Of a stretch of DNA of 56,070 nucleotides, positions 33,454 to 42,756 are shown piece after piece. The notes below the pieces were generated by a model. The model searched no databases, was not told the origin of the DNA, and worked only from the letters and a program-made list of their open reading frames with translations. The stretch is from Candidatus Moraniibacteriota bacterium (lineage in GTDB: Bacteria; Patescibacteriota; Minisyncoccia; Moranbacterales; UBA1568). The DNA lies in NCBI GenBank assembly GCA_023261645.1, contig JAHFOO010000008.1:1-56070 (forward strand). Direction: 5' to 3'. Numbering within the stretch: the first letter of the stretch is position 1; every line of letters begins with the position of its first letter. The translations under genes and the position numbers were made by a program.

Positions 33454-33600
33454 TTTCTTCCCATTTTCTTTTGAGAGCACATTCGCTTCACCCAGCCGTT
33501 CCGCTCATTCCTGTTTCCCCTTCGCTCTTTTTGCTTTTGAAAAGCAAAAAACCATGCCCGCTTCAGGAAAACAAGTCTCTCAAATGAAAATGGGAAGAAA
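33454..33600 (-). repeat. Conserved multibranch structured element, copy 3 (upstream of thrS)
   Basis: Outer stem tttcttcccattttc/gaaaatgggaagaaa; minus-strand gcgggcatggtt, tttttgcttt/aaagcaaaaa hairpin, caggaatgagc, gctgg. Confidence 0.7.
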
Positions 33601-33650
33601 CATGATAGGAAACGAATGATAAATAACACTGTTTATTCTTAGATGCAAAT

Positions 33651-35063
33651 CTATTTTTTCTCTTCTACAGTTTGAATAGAGAAGTTGAGATCTTTCTTCA
33701 ATTCAGTGGTTTGATCGTAGGTCTTCCCGTCTTTGGTTTTGAGATGGACAGTGACAGGAATCGTGCCGACGCCGGATTGCTTCTGAATCAGGAGATGATA
33801 ATTTTCTGAAGTGATCGTATCGGGGAGTTCATAGGTGAGAGTGGTATGGACGTCGCTTTGTCCGATTTCGACATCCACGAATCCATCGAAATATGTTTTA
33901 TTGAAAGCCGTCTTGGTCGTCACGGCATTGATCATCGAGCGAGTGAGAAATACCGATCCTTGCGGAACATAAGCGCGGAGATAGGTGTGGTAGTCGCTGG
34001 TACGCCAATCACCATGAGGAGCGGTATTCTGATATGTATAGACGACTGTTCCTGTTGGTTTTTCTCCGGTGAAATCAGCCGTGTATTCGAGTGATCGTTT
34101 GATGTAAAAATCCGTTTTGAGCGCTCCCATATTGGCATCGACAAGCATCAAATAATCATTGTTCCAGTCTTTGGAAACACTTCCATCCCAATGGACGCTT
34201 TCCACGAGTGATTGAAGAGCAGGATCTTTGAAGTAGAGCATTACGTCTTTGTTGCGCAGTTCTGTCTGTACGAATTCTGCCAGTTTCGGGATATTGGAAA
34301 CGGTCACTGCCCGCTTCATAATTTCCGCGGCGATCTTCTTCATAATCGATTTTCGTGCCTGTTTGAGTTCTGCAGGAACGTCCTCTCCGAGATATGCTCT
34401 TTCGACACGATCTTCCAATTTATAGGCTCCATCAGTACTGGTATAGACGTTGGAGTCCCCGGGAATCTGGATAGGACCGGTGAGAGCCAGGATATTATTG
34501 AAAGTGAGAGAGTTGACGGCGATAACACCATCAAATGCTTCTCGTCCTCCGGCAAGGCGATAAAAATACTGTGCCTTTTCGGCGTTGGTCGGAAAATCGG
34601 GTGAAAAGTTGGAATCGCGGAATTTCCATTTCTTGAGTTGTATCTTGCGATCGAACGGATAGGGAGTGGGTATATCGGCGGTGATACGCTGATCGAGGAG
34701 ATTGGCATCTTCGACAAGTGTCGATGTCACTTCGCCATTTTTCGTTTTGACGATGGCGTACTGTCCGAGGAATCCTCCGCCCGGACGGAGCTCGTCGCTA
34801 TTTTGGAGGAGGATAAGGAATGTGTGGGTTTGATCGTCTTGCTTGGTTATGGCTTCGACGAGTTTGTTTACCACGTCGATTTCTTTTTTCGTATCAGGAG
34901 CGATAGGGAGAAGTTGTGAGACCTTTTGGAAAAGATTGAAAGAATTCGCTGCGAATTCTGTCTTATGCGTTTGAGCATAAGAAAACAAAAAAAAGCCTCC
35001 TCCAAGAACGAAGGTAAGGATGGCGATAATGATAATACGTTTGCGGGTAAAAAACGAGAGCAT
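33651..35063 (-). CDS. DUF4012-like membrane-anchored protein
   Basis: LILLQNSDELRPGGGFLG, FRDSNFSPDFP, DGVIAVN, VDANMGALK, QKQSG. Confidence 0.8.
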   Translation of the reverse strand: MLSFFTRKRIIIIAILTFVLGGGFFLFSYAQTHKTEFAANSFNLFQKVSQLLPIAPDTKKEIDVVNKLVEAITKQDDQTHTFLILLQNSDELRPGGGFLGQYAIVKTKNGEVTSTLVEDANLLDQRITADIPTPYPFDRKIQLKKWKFRDSNFSPDFPTNAEKAQYFYRLAGGREAFDGVIAVNSLTFNNILALTGPIQIPGDSNVYTSTDGAYKLEDRVERAYLGEDVPAELKQARKSIMKKIAAEIMKRAVTVSNIPKLAEFVQTELRNKDVMLYFKDPALQSLVESVHWDGSVSKDWNNDYLMLVDANMGALKTDFYIKRSLEYTADFTGEKPTGTVVYTYQNTAPHGDWRTSDYHTYLRAYVPQGSVFLTRSMINAVTTKTAFNKTYFDGFVDVEIGQSDVHTTLTYELPDTITSENYHLLIQKQSGVGTIPVTVHLKTKDGKTYDQTTELKKDLNFSIQTVEEKK

Positions 35064-35286
35064 AGAGACAAAAAAGAGGAAATTAAATACTTTCCCAGTG
35101 TATCAGGAGTAGAGCTATTTGGAAAGTTTACCCCGTTACATATTTTGAACACATTTTGCTTATATACATAGTGTAAGACGCAGTCGCTCATAAATCCTAG
35201 TTTACAATTTGCTGAGTCTTTCTGAATATGTAATTGGGGCTTGCTCGTATAGTGGTGGATGCATTACAATAGAGCCATAAAGAACT

Positions 35287-35395
35287 GCGGGTAGAGGACT
35301 TGTCTGCCGTAGGCAGGCTTCCTAAGGAAATATTTGCGAGATTAGTATAATGGTAGTACACGACTCCGCCAGAGGCGGATAAACTTCCCTGGTGG
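35287..35395 (+). pseudogene. tRNA-Gly-like 5' fragments interrupted by small palindromes
   Basis: gcgagattagtataatggtagtacacgac (35336) resembles the 5' half of the adjacent tRNA-Gly, followed by tccgccagaggcgga and cttccc, with no T-arm. gcgggtag plus a gtctgccgtaggcaggc palindrome at 35287-35318. Confidence 0.5.
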
Positions 35396-35404
35396 TTTTA
35401 TAAA

Positions 35405-35475
35405 GCGGGTATAGTATAGTGGTAATACGTGACCTTCCCAAGGTTAAGCGAGGAGTTCGATTCTCCTTACCCGCT
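35405..35475 (+). tRNA. tRNA-Gly(CCC)
   Basis: Acceptor gcgggta/tacccgc, D-loop TAGTGG, anticodon arm tgacc-TTCCCAA-ggtta, T-arm aggag-TTCGATT-ctcct; CCA not encoded. Confidence 0.95.
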
Positions 35476-35486
35476 CTGAAAAGTAT

Positions 35487-35520
35487 AAAAGACCTGTTCG
35501 AAGAGGTCTTTTCTCTTTTT
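35487..35520. terminator. Terminator hairpin after tRNA-Gly
   Basis: aaaagacct...aggtctttt plus T-run. Confidence 0.7.
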
Positions 35521-35539
35521 ATTTTCTGATAGAAGATGG

Positions 35540-35875
35540 CTATATATCAACACTTTCAGCAGTCTCTATTTTTCTCTGAGCAGTCGCCACCAATGCATCT
35601 ATTTGCCCGGCAGTTTTTGCAAGTTCCTGGTCTATTCCCAATTGTTTCATAAAGGCGACATTTTCAGGAATTTTTCCGGTGATATGTTTCAATGTCATAT
35701 CAGCACCTGTTATTGCTTTGTTTCCGTCTTCCTTGATAAGTTTTTTGACACTTTCTCCATAGAGGACGAGACCATCTTCAGTGATGATTCTCCTTGGTCC
35801 TTCTGGAGGAATATAACGTTCCCGCGCAATACGTTCATCACCGATCTTTTTTATTTGCTCTGTTTGTTCAATCAT
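35540..35875 (-). CDS. Hypothetical protein
   Basis: 111-aa ORF coupled by ATGA overlap to the upstream small ORF. Confidence 0.6.
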   Translation of the reverse strand: MIEQTEQIKKIGDERIARERYIPPEGPRRIITEDGLVLYGESVKKLIKEDGNKAITGADMTLKHITGKIPENVAFMKQLGIDQELAKTAGQIDALVATAQRKIETAESVDI

Positions 35876-36045
35876 ATGATACCGAGAGATTTCTTAATTT
35901 CCATCATCCTTTTCCCTGTGAGGACTTTTTCAAATTCGACGATGATCTTGTCCTGTTCTCTTCTCAGATCGGAGAGTTTATCGATGTAGGATATATAGAT
36001 TTCTTCGATTTCTTCCACGCGTTTTTTGATTTCTTCTTCGGTCAT
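35872..36045 (-). CDS. Small 57-aa helical protein
   Basis: Manual ORF MTEEEIKKRVEEIEEIYISYIDKLSDLRREQDKIIVEFEKVLTGKRMMEIKKSLGII; ATGA overlap with the next gene. Confidence 0.6.
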   Translation of the reverse strand: MTEEEIKKRVEEIEEIYISYIDKLSDLRREQDKIIVEFEKVLTGKRMMEIKKSLGII

Positions 36046-36163
36046 AGGATCGTTATTTATGATTGTAATAGAAGTATAGACTGCACTCTCATCTCTTGCA
36101 AGTGCCTGTCACAATATCGATTGTGTGTTATAGTAGAGAAAAATAATTCATTTTTTTGTGTAT

Positions 36164-36895
36164 ATGGAAACTTTTCGCATCGGAGAAGCACTGTCGTATG
36201 GGTGGGAGAAATTCAAGGTGCATTTTCTCTTTTTGTGGACGATACTCGGAGCTACTTATGGCATTTTTCTCGTGTTCGATCTCCTCCAGAAAGGAGCAGG
36301 GAAAGAAACATTGCTCGGTTCGCTCCTTGGGTTGGTCGCTATCGTTGTCGGATTCATCGTGAAGCTTGGTCTGATCCGGATGTATCTCGATCTGGCGGAG
36401 GGAACCAAAGACAAGGTGGCAGTACTCTTTTCTCAGTATCAGCTGATTTGGAAATATTTCGGTTCCTCCATCCTCTATGGGCTGATGGTGGTGTTCGGAC
36501 TCATTCTTTTCATCATCCCGGGCATTTACTTCGCTTTGAAATACCAGTTTTATTCCTATCTCATCGTGGATAAGAATCTCGGCGTGACGGAGGCTCTGAA
36601 GAAAAGCGCCCGTATGACCGACGGAATCAAATGGAAACTTTTCGGTTTCTCATTGGTGCTCTGCGGGTTGAATTTCTTGGGACTCATCGCTCTCGTATTC
36701 GGACTTCTCGTGACGGTGCCGATGAGCATTATGGCGTATGTGTATGTGTATCGGACACTCCGAGACCGCGGACAAGAAATGATATCGAAAGAGACTCTTG
36801 TGACACCGCCGGTCGCAACACCGACTCCTTCTTCTGTCGTTTCTACTACGACTGTCTCCGGACAGCCGGTAGAAGTCTCTTCAGAGAATAAGTAA
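36164..36895 (+). CDS. Integral membrane protein (DUF975-like)
   Basis: GLILFIIPGIY...YLIVD......EALKKS..MT.G.KW; S/T/P-rich tail. Confidence 0.75.
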   Translation: METFRIGEALSYGWEKFKVHFLFLWTILGATYGIFLVFDLLQKGAGKETLLGSLLGLVAIVVGFIVKLGLIRMYLDLAEGTKDKVAVLFSQYQLIWKYFGSSILYGLMVVFGLILFIIPGIYFALKYQFYSYLIVDKNLGVTEALKKSARMTDGIKWKLFGFSLVLCGLNFLGLIALVFGLLVTVPMSIMAYVYVYRTLRDRGQEMISKETLVTPPVATPTPSSVVSTTTVSGQPVEVSSENK

Positions 36896-36928
36896 CCGGT
36901 ATATATCGTTTCCACAAGAGTGAAGTCC

Positions 36929-37594
36929 TTATCGTACAGAAGTATTCAGAAATTCATTGAGAGAAGTGTTGATTTTCGAGAGGATGGATCCTTCGGATGG
37001 GAGAGGAATCGATTCTGATACGGAAATCAGATTCGTTTCTTCGGATGGGAGGAAGGTGAGAATGATTGTATCGGGTAACTGCACTCGTGTGCCGTACGCC
37101 AGGATATCCTGCGGGAGAGGACGGTCAGGATCGAGAGACAGCTGGTCACTTTTTATTTTTATGGGAATATTCTCTTCTGTCGGCTGGAGGGTTTCTTCTG
37201 ATCTTCTGATCGATGTCCCCAATACGAGAGGAGTACTCTCTTCGTTTATAACCGTTTCTTCTTTTGATGGCTGAGGGTTTTTCTTTGCCGGCACAGTCCA
37301 TCTCCAAGCACTCCCTTTTTCTTTTTTGTAAACAGCATTTTCTGCAACCGGTTTGTCGAGCTTGTACTTGATGCTTTGTAACACTTTGCCGTCAGGCGCA
37401 CGGAGTTCTATCTTTCCTTTTTGATTGGGGAGCGTGAAGAGAGAGAAATCGTGTGTGAGTTTAGCGTCTTTACTCGACCCGATAAAGAAATCTTCACGGA
37501 TGGGATGATTCGAGAGTGTCTTCCATCCGACAGCGATACTGTACCCTTTCAGATTTACTTTTTTCTTCTCTCGATTCTCGATGAGGAGCCACTC
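36929..37594 (-). pseudogene. 3' half of interrupted lamin-tail-domain/PKD surface protein gene
   Basis: EWLLIENREKKKVNLKGYSI...FTLPN..G.IELRAPDGK is the rest of the lamin-tail domain begun by ITSLLPNPSGIDTGNE at 54760-54810; joins in frame at the CACTC core. Confidence 0.88.
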
Positions 37595-37929
37595 ATGGAC
37601 TGTCCCACAATACGGAATCCTTTCAGGTGGTATTGAAGGCAGAAGTGGCAGATCAGGACTACTCAAAGGCCAATATGAACTTTTATACTGATACAGGACA
37701 GCTAAGGGGATTGCCGGGGCGAAAGATAGCAGGAAATTACGATTTGGAGTACCATTTATCTAGGACAAGTAATAAAGACGTCCAGAAGCAGATTCTGAAG
37801 CTTGTAGGGCAATACAGCAAAGAGGAAGGGGTTACTATCTCGTACTCACAGCGTCGTATTTGCTTCAAAAAAGGCCTGACCTTTTTAAGTGCAGAAATAG
37901 GGAAAAATGGGGTTAAAATAAGGAAGTAG
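37594..37929 (+). CDS. Detached C-terminal segment of the serine recombinase (in frame only after circularisation)
   Basis: HGLSHNTESFQVVLKAEV...IRK* (111 codons) is in frame with recombinase codon ACT 54758-54760 across the reconstructed attP. Confidence 0.7.
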   Translation, partial: HGLSHNTESFQVVLKAEVADQDYSKANMNFYTDTGQLRGLPGRKIAGNYDLEYHLSRTSNKDVQKQILKLVGQYSKEEGVTISYSQRRICFKKGLTFLSAEIGKNGVKIRK

Positions 37930-38006
37930 AGAAAAAATGAACCGACTGAGGTAATGAACCTCTTCGGACGCTTAATTTATTAATATTTATATTACAATTA
38001 CAGGGC

Positions 38007-38690
38007 ATGATCTACCAACATTCATATTTTCAACTAGATACAGAGGCAAAAAAAATCTTTGACGAAAACGGAAAAGAACTTGTTTTAACGGGCAACGCAT
38101 ATCGTATGCTCGTTTTTTTATGTGCGAATAAACACGCTTCGTTAACTAAGATAGGGGAATACCTTGATTGGGCGAAAGAATATACAGAAAACCATCTAAG
38201 GCAGTACAGATATAAAATTAACACGATCATTAGCAGAGAAGTCATTGAGTATAAGAATGGTATTTATTCGCTATTAGGAGAGATCAAAAATGTCGATAAA
38301 CTAAGCACTAACGGGCGTAATACGGATTTATTACAGGGAGACCCTTTAAAATCGAAGATGAAGGGTATGGAAAATCGTATGGAGACAAAATTCAATAAAC
38401 TCCCGGCTATTTTTGCTACCGTTTTATTACTGTTAGCGTTTTTTAGCTGGCCTTACGCCTTTTATACATTTCTGCGGATTGTGACAACTGGAGTGGCCGT
38501 ATATTACGCATATTACCTTTTCACAATTAAAAAACAGGATTATTGGTTTTGGGCCTTAGTGTTAATCGCAGTATTACTCAACCCTTTTGCCCCTATTTAT
38601 ATAGGCGACAGATCGATTTGGAGGATTGTAGATCTTATTGTAGCCATATTCTTTATTACCTTAGTTTGGAAACAAAAAAAGTATGAATAA
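38007..38690 (+). CDS. Putative winged-helix domain fused to a 4-TM (DUF6804-like) domain
   Basis: N-terminus resembles an OmpR/ToxR-type wHTH (F.LD......DENGKELVLTG..Y.ML.FL...GIY); C-terminal WPYAFYTFLRIV...LLNPFAPIY...W.IVD. Confidence 0.6.
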   Translation: MIYQHSYFQLDTEAKKIFDENGKELVLTGNAYRMLVFLCANKHASLTKIGEYLDWAKEYTENHLRQYRYKINTIISREVIEYKNGIYSLLGEIKNVDKLSTNGRNTDLLQGDPLKSKMKGMENRMETKFNKLPAIFATVLLLLAFFSWPYAFYTFLRIVTTGVAVYYAYYLFTIKKQDYWFWALVLIAVLLNPFAPIYIGDRSIWRIVDLIVAIFFITLVWKQKKYE

Positions 38691-39456
38691 TTTTCTGTTG
38701 AAAAGTGGAAGTGTGTTAGGTGCATCTTTGTTAGGATTGATAATACTAATAAACTTTTCTGCAGGCATAGTGTCTGGCGTGTGGCTTGCAATTTCAGGCA
38801 ATTGGGCAAACATATTCTATGGATTGCTTCTTTCTATTGTGATGCCGTTTGCATATACAGTTGTTGCCTTGCCTACGATGGCCATAATGCCATTAATGCT
38901 GAAGGTTATTGAAAAAAAGATTAAATCTGCGACCTTTGTTCTGGGATTTATCAATATTTTGTATTCAAACGGAATAATGATTGTTTGGACTTATTTTGTT
39001 TTTACAGAGTTCTCTAAAAATGCGAGTGGATTAATGGCTGTACCTCTAATTCTTTGGGGATATTCGACTGTTGTGGCACCACTTGCTTATATGGCCAGAA
39101 ACGAACCCCCAGATAGTACCGGGACATCATTGGGAATATTTCTTGCACAGGTTGCGTACATTCTAGCGACCGTTTTTTGGATGATTGGTCTTTCTGCTAG
39201 TTTTATACTTTGGGGCATGATTTTATTGGCACTAGCATTTACTTTGTTTTCAATATCTATTGTGATGAAGACCTTTGATGAGGAACAAAAAGTAATGACA
39301 TATCAAGAAGAACCGCCCAAAGTTATTGACGCTGAAATTGAAGAGCTTTTTAAAGATGATGAGACAGAAGTAGCTGTAAAATTTTGTAATAGTTGTGGAA
39401 AGGAGATTATACCCGGTAGTAACTTCTGTAAGTTTTGCGGTAAAAAATTAAATTAG
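38683..39456 (+). CDS. Multi-TM protein with C-terminal zinc ribbon
   Basis: FCNSCG...SNFCKFCG at the C-terminus. Confidence 0.75.
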   Translation: MNNFLLKSGSVLGASLLGLIILINFSAGIVSGVWLAISGNWANIFYGLLLSIVMPFAYTVVALPTMAIMPLMLKVIEKKIKSATFVLGFINILYSNGIMIVWTYFVFTEFSKNASGLMAVPLILWGYSTVVAPLAYMARNEPPDSTGTSLGIFLAQVAYILATVFWMIGLSASFILWGMILLALAFTLFSISIVMKTFDEEQKVMTYQEEPPKVIDAEIEELFKDDETEVAVKFCNSCGKEIIPGSNFCKFCGKKLN

Positions 39457-39462
39457 AAAGAT

Positions 39463-40044
39463 ATGTTTTGTAAAAATTGTGGAAAAGAAGTCAGTCAAGA
39501 AGCAAATTTTTGTAAAAATTGCGGCGACTCAACAAAAGAATTAATTGTAGAGTCACTAAACAGTACAAACAAAAGTGTGGTTTCTGAGAAAAAACTTGTC
39601 CCAGAACTTACAGAGGATGGTATTTCTAAGTACAGAGGTATTCATGGTTGGCTTATAGTAGTAGTTTTGGGGCTGTTTATTACAACTGGTTATGTAGGTT
39701 TTCAATTTCTGGATATATTTTTTGGCAGCGTTCAATATGGTGAAAATACTGGACTATTTGTTTATGATTTTTTGAGCATGGGCTCAGTTACGGTTTTGTC
39801 TATATATGTTATTTACCTTTTTTTTACAAAGAAAAGAAAGTTTCCAAAATACTATATTTCTTTGCTGATTCTTCTTATGGTAGTTAATATAATTACGCTC
39901 ATAGTAGTATCATCCTACTCAGTAACCGGAAGTGATCTTGCGGAATACTCAAATAACGCCGGGAGAGCCACTGTTCAAGCGATAGTTTGGGGATTATACG
40001 CAACTAAGTCTAGGCGTGTCAAAGCGACATTCGTGGAAAATTAG
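39463..40044 (+). CDS. Zinc-ribbon plus DUF2569-like membrane protein
   Basis: MFCKNCG...ANFCKNCG; GIHGWL...W.LY..KSRRVKATF. Confidence 0.78.
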   Translation: MFCKNCGKEVSQEANFCKNCGDSTKELIVESLNSTNKSVVSEKKLVPELTEDGISKYRGIHGWLIVVVLGLFITTGYVGFQFLDIFFGSVQYGENTGLFVYDFLSMGSVTVLSIYVIYLFFTKKRKFPKYYISLLILLMVVNIITLIVVSSYSVTGSDLAEYSNNAGRATVQAIVWGLYATKSRRVKATFVEN

Positions 40045-40067
40045 GCAATTATATAACTAAATGATCT

Positions 40068-40604
40068 ATGGATTGTCCGAGTTGTAGAAAAAGTATTGGT
40101 GCAGATGCTGTTTTCTGTAAGTACTGCGGAGTGGAAGTAGCCCCAATGCGAGTGAAACTTCTGGCTGAAATGTATATCGAGCCAGAAACACAAGAACATC
40201 CATCTGCGTTGCCCGTTGCACAAAGTATAAAAAAAATTCCACAACCTTCAATATGGGAGTCTATTAAAGGCTTGTCTTCATTATGGGATGTAGTCAAAAG
40301 TTCATCTGGAGTTGTCAGAGTGATTTTGTTATTTATAGGTCTGAATGTAATTTTATGGGGAGCTCAAGAGCTTTACTATTGGGGTGATTCACAAAAGATG
40401 GGGGAATTAGATACTCAAATTACGAGTATGGATAGTCAAATAAAAAGTATAGAAAGCTTTCCAAATACCACAACTCAAAGCCAATACGAAAGTTTAATTA
40501 ATAAGAGAAACAAGGCTGCAGATGAGTATAACGCTCTAGTTAAATCGTCTGGTACTAGATGGTATTTAATACCGATCCCTCTAGGTGGCCATTCACTAAA
40601 ATAA
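40068..40604 (+). CDS. Zinc-ribbon, single-TM protein
   Basis: MDCPSC...AVFCKYCG; TM; short coiled coil. Confidence 0.72.
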   Translation: MDCPSCRKSIGADAVFCKYCGVEVAPMRVKLLAEMYIEPETQEHPSALPVAQSIKKIPQPSIWESIKGLSSLWDVVKSSSGVVRVILLFIGLNVILWGAQELYYWGDSQKMGELDTQITSMDSQIKSIESFPNTTTQSQYESLINKRNKAADEYNALVKSSGTRWYLIPIPLGGHSLK

Positions 40605-40621
40605 CTATTAACTTTAAAAAT

Positions 40622-41203
40622 ATGTTTTGTACAGATTGTGGGAAGTCACTAGAGAAAGACAGCGTTTTTTGTGAATTCTGTGGGGCTAAACAAGCAGAAG
40701 CAGGGCCGACAACAGAACCGGGGGCATCTATTTCGGATCAAGTAATGAGTTTAAAAGGCGAGAGTCCAATCAATGCTTCAAAAGAAATTTTAAATAAAGA
40801 ACTTAAACAGATGGCTGACCATCTTGAGTTTCTAGGGTATGGGATTGAAAAGTTAGAAACTAGCGGAGATGACAAAAGAGAGAATGTTTTTGCACAGCAT
40901 CCAAGTAACCTTGATTTTACATTACTGGAAGTATTCCCAGGCTTTATTATTCTCAAAGTGCTAATGGCGACAAAAAAGAAGCCATCTTCAGAGATCGACG
41001 CTTTTATTAATGATATGAATAAGAACTTTATAATTTCGAAAATCTATCGTGAAATAGAGAATGAAACTGTATACCTCAGAATCGAATCAATTTATATGGG
41101 TGTTTACGTTAAGGATCTGTTTGTAAAGTTTATGGACCTGAACATTAGGGAGCATAATCAATTACGATCATCAGATGATTTTACTAATTTGTTTGTAAAT
41201 TAA
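40622..41203 (+). CDS. Zinc-ribbon protein with possible YbjN-like C-terminal domain
   Basis: MFCTDCG...SVFCEFCG; C-terminal alpha/beta domain. Confidence 0.68.
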   Translation: MFCTDCGKSLEKDSVFCEFCGAKQAEAGPTTEPGASISDQVMSLKGESPINASKEILNKELKQMADHLEFLGYGIEKLETSGDDKRENVFAQHPSNLDFTLLEVFPGFIILKVLMATKKKPSSEIDAFINDMNKNFIISKIYREIENETVYLRIESIYMGVYVKDLFVKFMDLNIREHNQLRSSDDFTNLFVN

Positions 41204-41207
41204 ATTA

Positions 41208-41744
41208 ATGGAAAAATTTAAATCAATAGTTTCGGCATTCTTTGTTATTATCGGCATAGCTTTTGGTATCTTCATATTTGTTAAAAGTTCTGTGCTTACC
41301 ATATGGTCGTCACCATCTGTTCCCGAAACGTATGCAATTAATGGTGCTGATGGTAGATCGATTAAAATAATATTTTTGCCAGAAAATAAAACTATAATGT
41401 GGTATAAAGATCCCAATGTTGGTTCTGAAGAATATAACTTAGTCGAGATGAAGGGAACATATGGGACGCATTATTTCTGGGGACTATGGAAAATAGAAGG
41501 CCCCGGTATTGCTTTTGGGTATAGATTTTATCCTGATGGAACTGAACCAGTTGTAATGGAGACAAAAACAATTCAAAAATACATGAACGGAAAAGGCGAT
41601 CCCAACTTTTCTCCAGTTGGTAAAATTACAAATACCACTTGGCTATTTCGGAAAGATTCTGCCAAGTTTCAGGATATGTGGTTGCAAAAAGAAGAAAACA
41701 ACAATTTATTTATTTCACAGTTATTAAATAACTTGGAGAGGTAA
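41208..41744 (+). CDS. Hypothetical membrane-anchored beta-rich protein
   Basis: N-terminal TM; in operon. Confidence 0.65.
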   Translation: MEKFKSIVSAFFVIIGIAFGIFIFVKSSVLTIWSSPSVPETYAINGADGRSIKIIFLPENKTIMWYKDPNVGSEEYNLVEMKGTYGTHYFWGLWKIEGPGIAFGYRFYPDGTEPVVMETKTIQKYMNGKGDPNFSPVGKITNTTWLFRKDSAKFQDMWLQKEENNNLFISQLLNNLER

Positions 41745-41764
41745 TTAATTTTAATTATAGTCAT

Positions 41765-42076
41765 ATGAAAAAGATTTTAATTTTCCCGCTGCTTTTGTCG
41801 GCATTATTACTATCAGGCTGCAGCGATACAAATTCCTCGGCACTTACTAACACTGCCGTGCCTTCAACAACATCGTCTAAAGCAACCGTACCTGCCGTAG
41901 CTCCCTCTACAAAAACATCCGCTTCTGAAAATACAACAAATCCAAATGTCAAAAAAAGTACCTCTGGGATCTGTCATGCTAAAGGGTCTACCTATTACGG
42001 TAGAACGTTGAATTTTACTGCTTACGATACTATAGATGATTGTCTTAATAGCGGGGGAAGAATGCCAAAAAAGTAA
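41765..42076 (+). CDS. Lipoprotein with small Cys/His C-terminal domain
   Basis: Lipobox LLSGC; S/T linker; KKSTSGICH..GSTYY.RT....D.CL.SGGR.PK. Confidence 0.75.
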   Translation: MKKILIFPLLLSALLLSGCSDTNSSALTNTAVPSTTSSKATVPAVAPSTKTSASENTTNPNVKKSTSGICHAKGSTYYGRTLNFTAYDTIDDCLNSGGRMPKK

Positions 42077-42081
42077 TTTGA

Positions 42082-42729
42082 ATGAGTATGGAGTTCGGTA
42101 CTGAAAACATGGGCAGAAAGAAAGCAATAGTATTATTTGCAGCCCTTTTTGTTTTTGTAGTTGCTGTCGCAGTTTATGCCGGATCATTACTCAGGCACCA
42201 ACGAGATGATATTGGGGTAATAGCTTCTCCTTTGACTGATACTCCTGCCAAAGAGATAGGTATCTTGCCGGAGCAAGGGACTGTTAGCGTGGAATCGGCT
42301 GAGGCAAAATGCCACGTTGTTGATGGCCTCCCTGACCTATTATGCACACCTGGGGTAACCGATTCTCGGGTTACACAAGAAAATATTAAAGACACAATTT
42401 GTAAGTCTGGTTATACAAAGACAGTCCGTCCTCCAGTTACAGTGACTTCAAAAATCAAAGAGCAAACAATGAAAGACTATGGATTTACAGATAGCCCAAG
42501 TAACTATGAGTTAGACCATCTTATTTCCCTGGAGCTTGGCGGCTCCCCGGATGATGTAAAGAATTTATTTCCTGAGCCCTATAATATTGAATTGGGTGCC
42601 ACAAAGAAAGACACTGTGGAAAATTATCTTCACGCTCAAGTATGTAGCGGGCTACTCACGCTTAAGGAAGCTCAGAAGGCAATCTCGGAAAACTGGGTGC
42701 TAGTGTATCAGACAAATATTGTGAAATAG
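42082..42729 (+). CDS. Secreted HNH-like nuclease-family protein
   Basis: N-terminal TM; LPD...TPG, TIC..GYT..VRP, YELDHLISLELGGS....NL.PE, VCSG. Confidence 0.65.
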   Translation: MSMEFGTENMGRKKAIVLFAALFVFVVAVAVYAGSLLRHQRDDIGVIASPLTDTPAKEIGILPEQGTVSVESAEAKCHVVDGLPDLLCTPGVTDSRVTQENIKDTICKSGYTKTVRPPVTVTSKIKEQTMKDYGFTDSPSNYELDHLISLELGGSPDDVKNLFPEPYNIELGATKKDTVENYLHAQVCSGLLTLKEAQKAISENWVLVYQTNIVK

Positions 42730-42756
42730 TTTGATATAATGATCAACTGAATTTTT

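Noticed and set aside
33417-33650. T-box upstream of thrS
   Set aside because: No GGTGGNACC T-box sequence; the region is instead copy 3 of the multibranch element.
35405-35475. tRNA-Gly as the integration site of the island
   Set aside because: No duplicated tRNA 3' end was seen; the junctions map to CACTC inside the LTD gene about 2 kb away.
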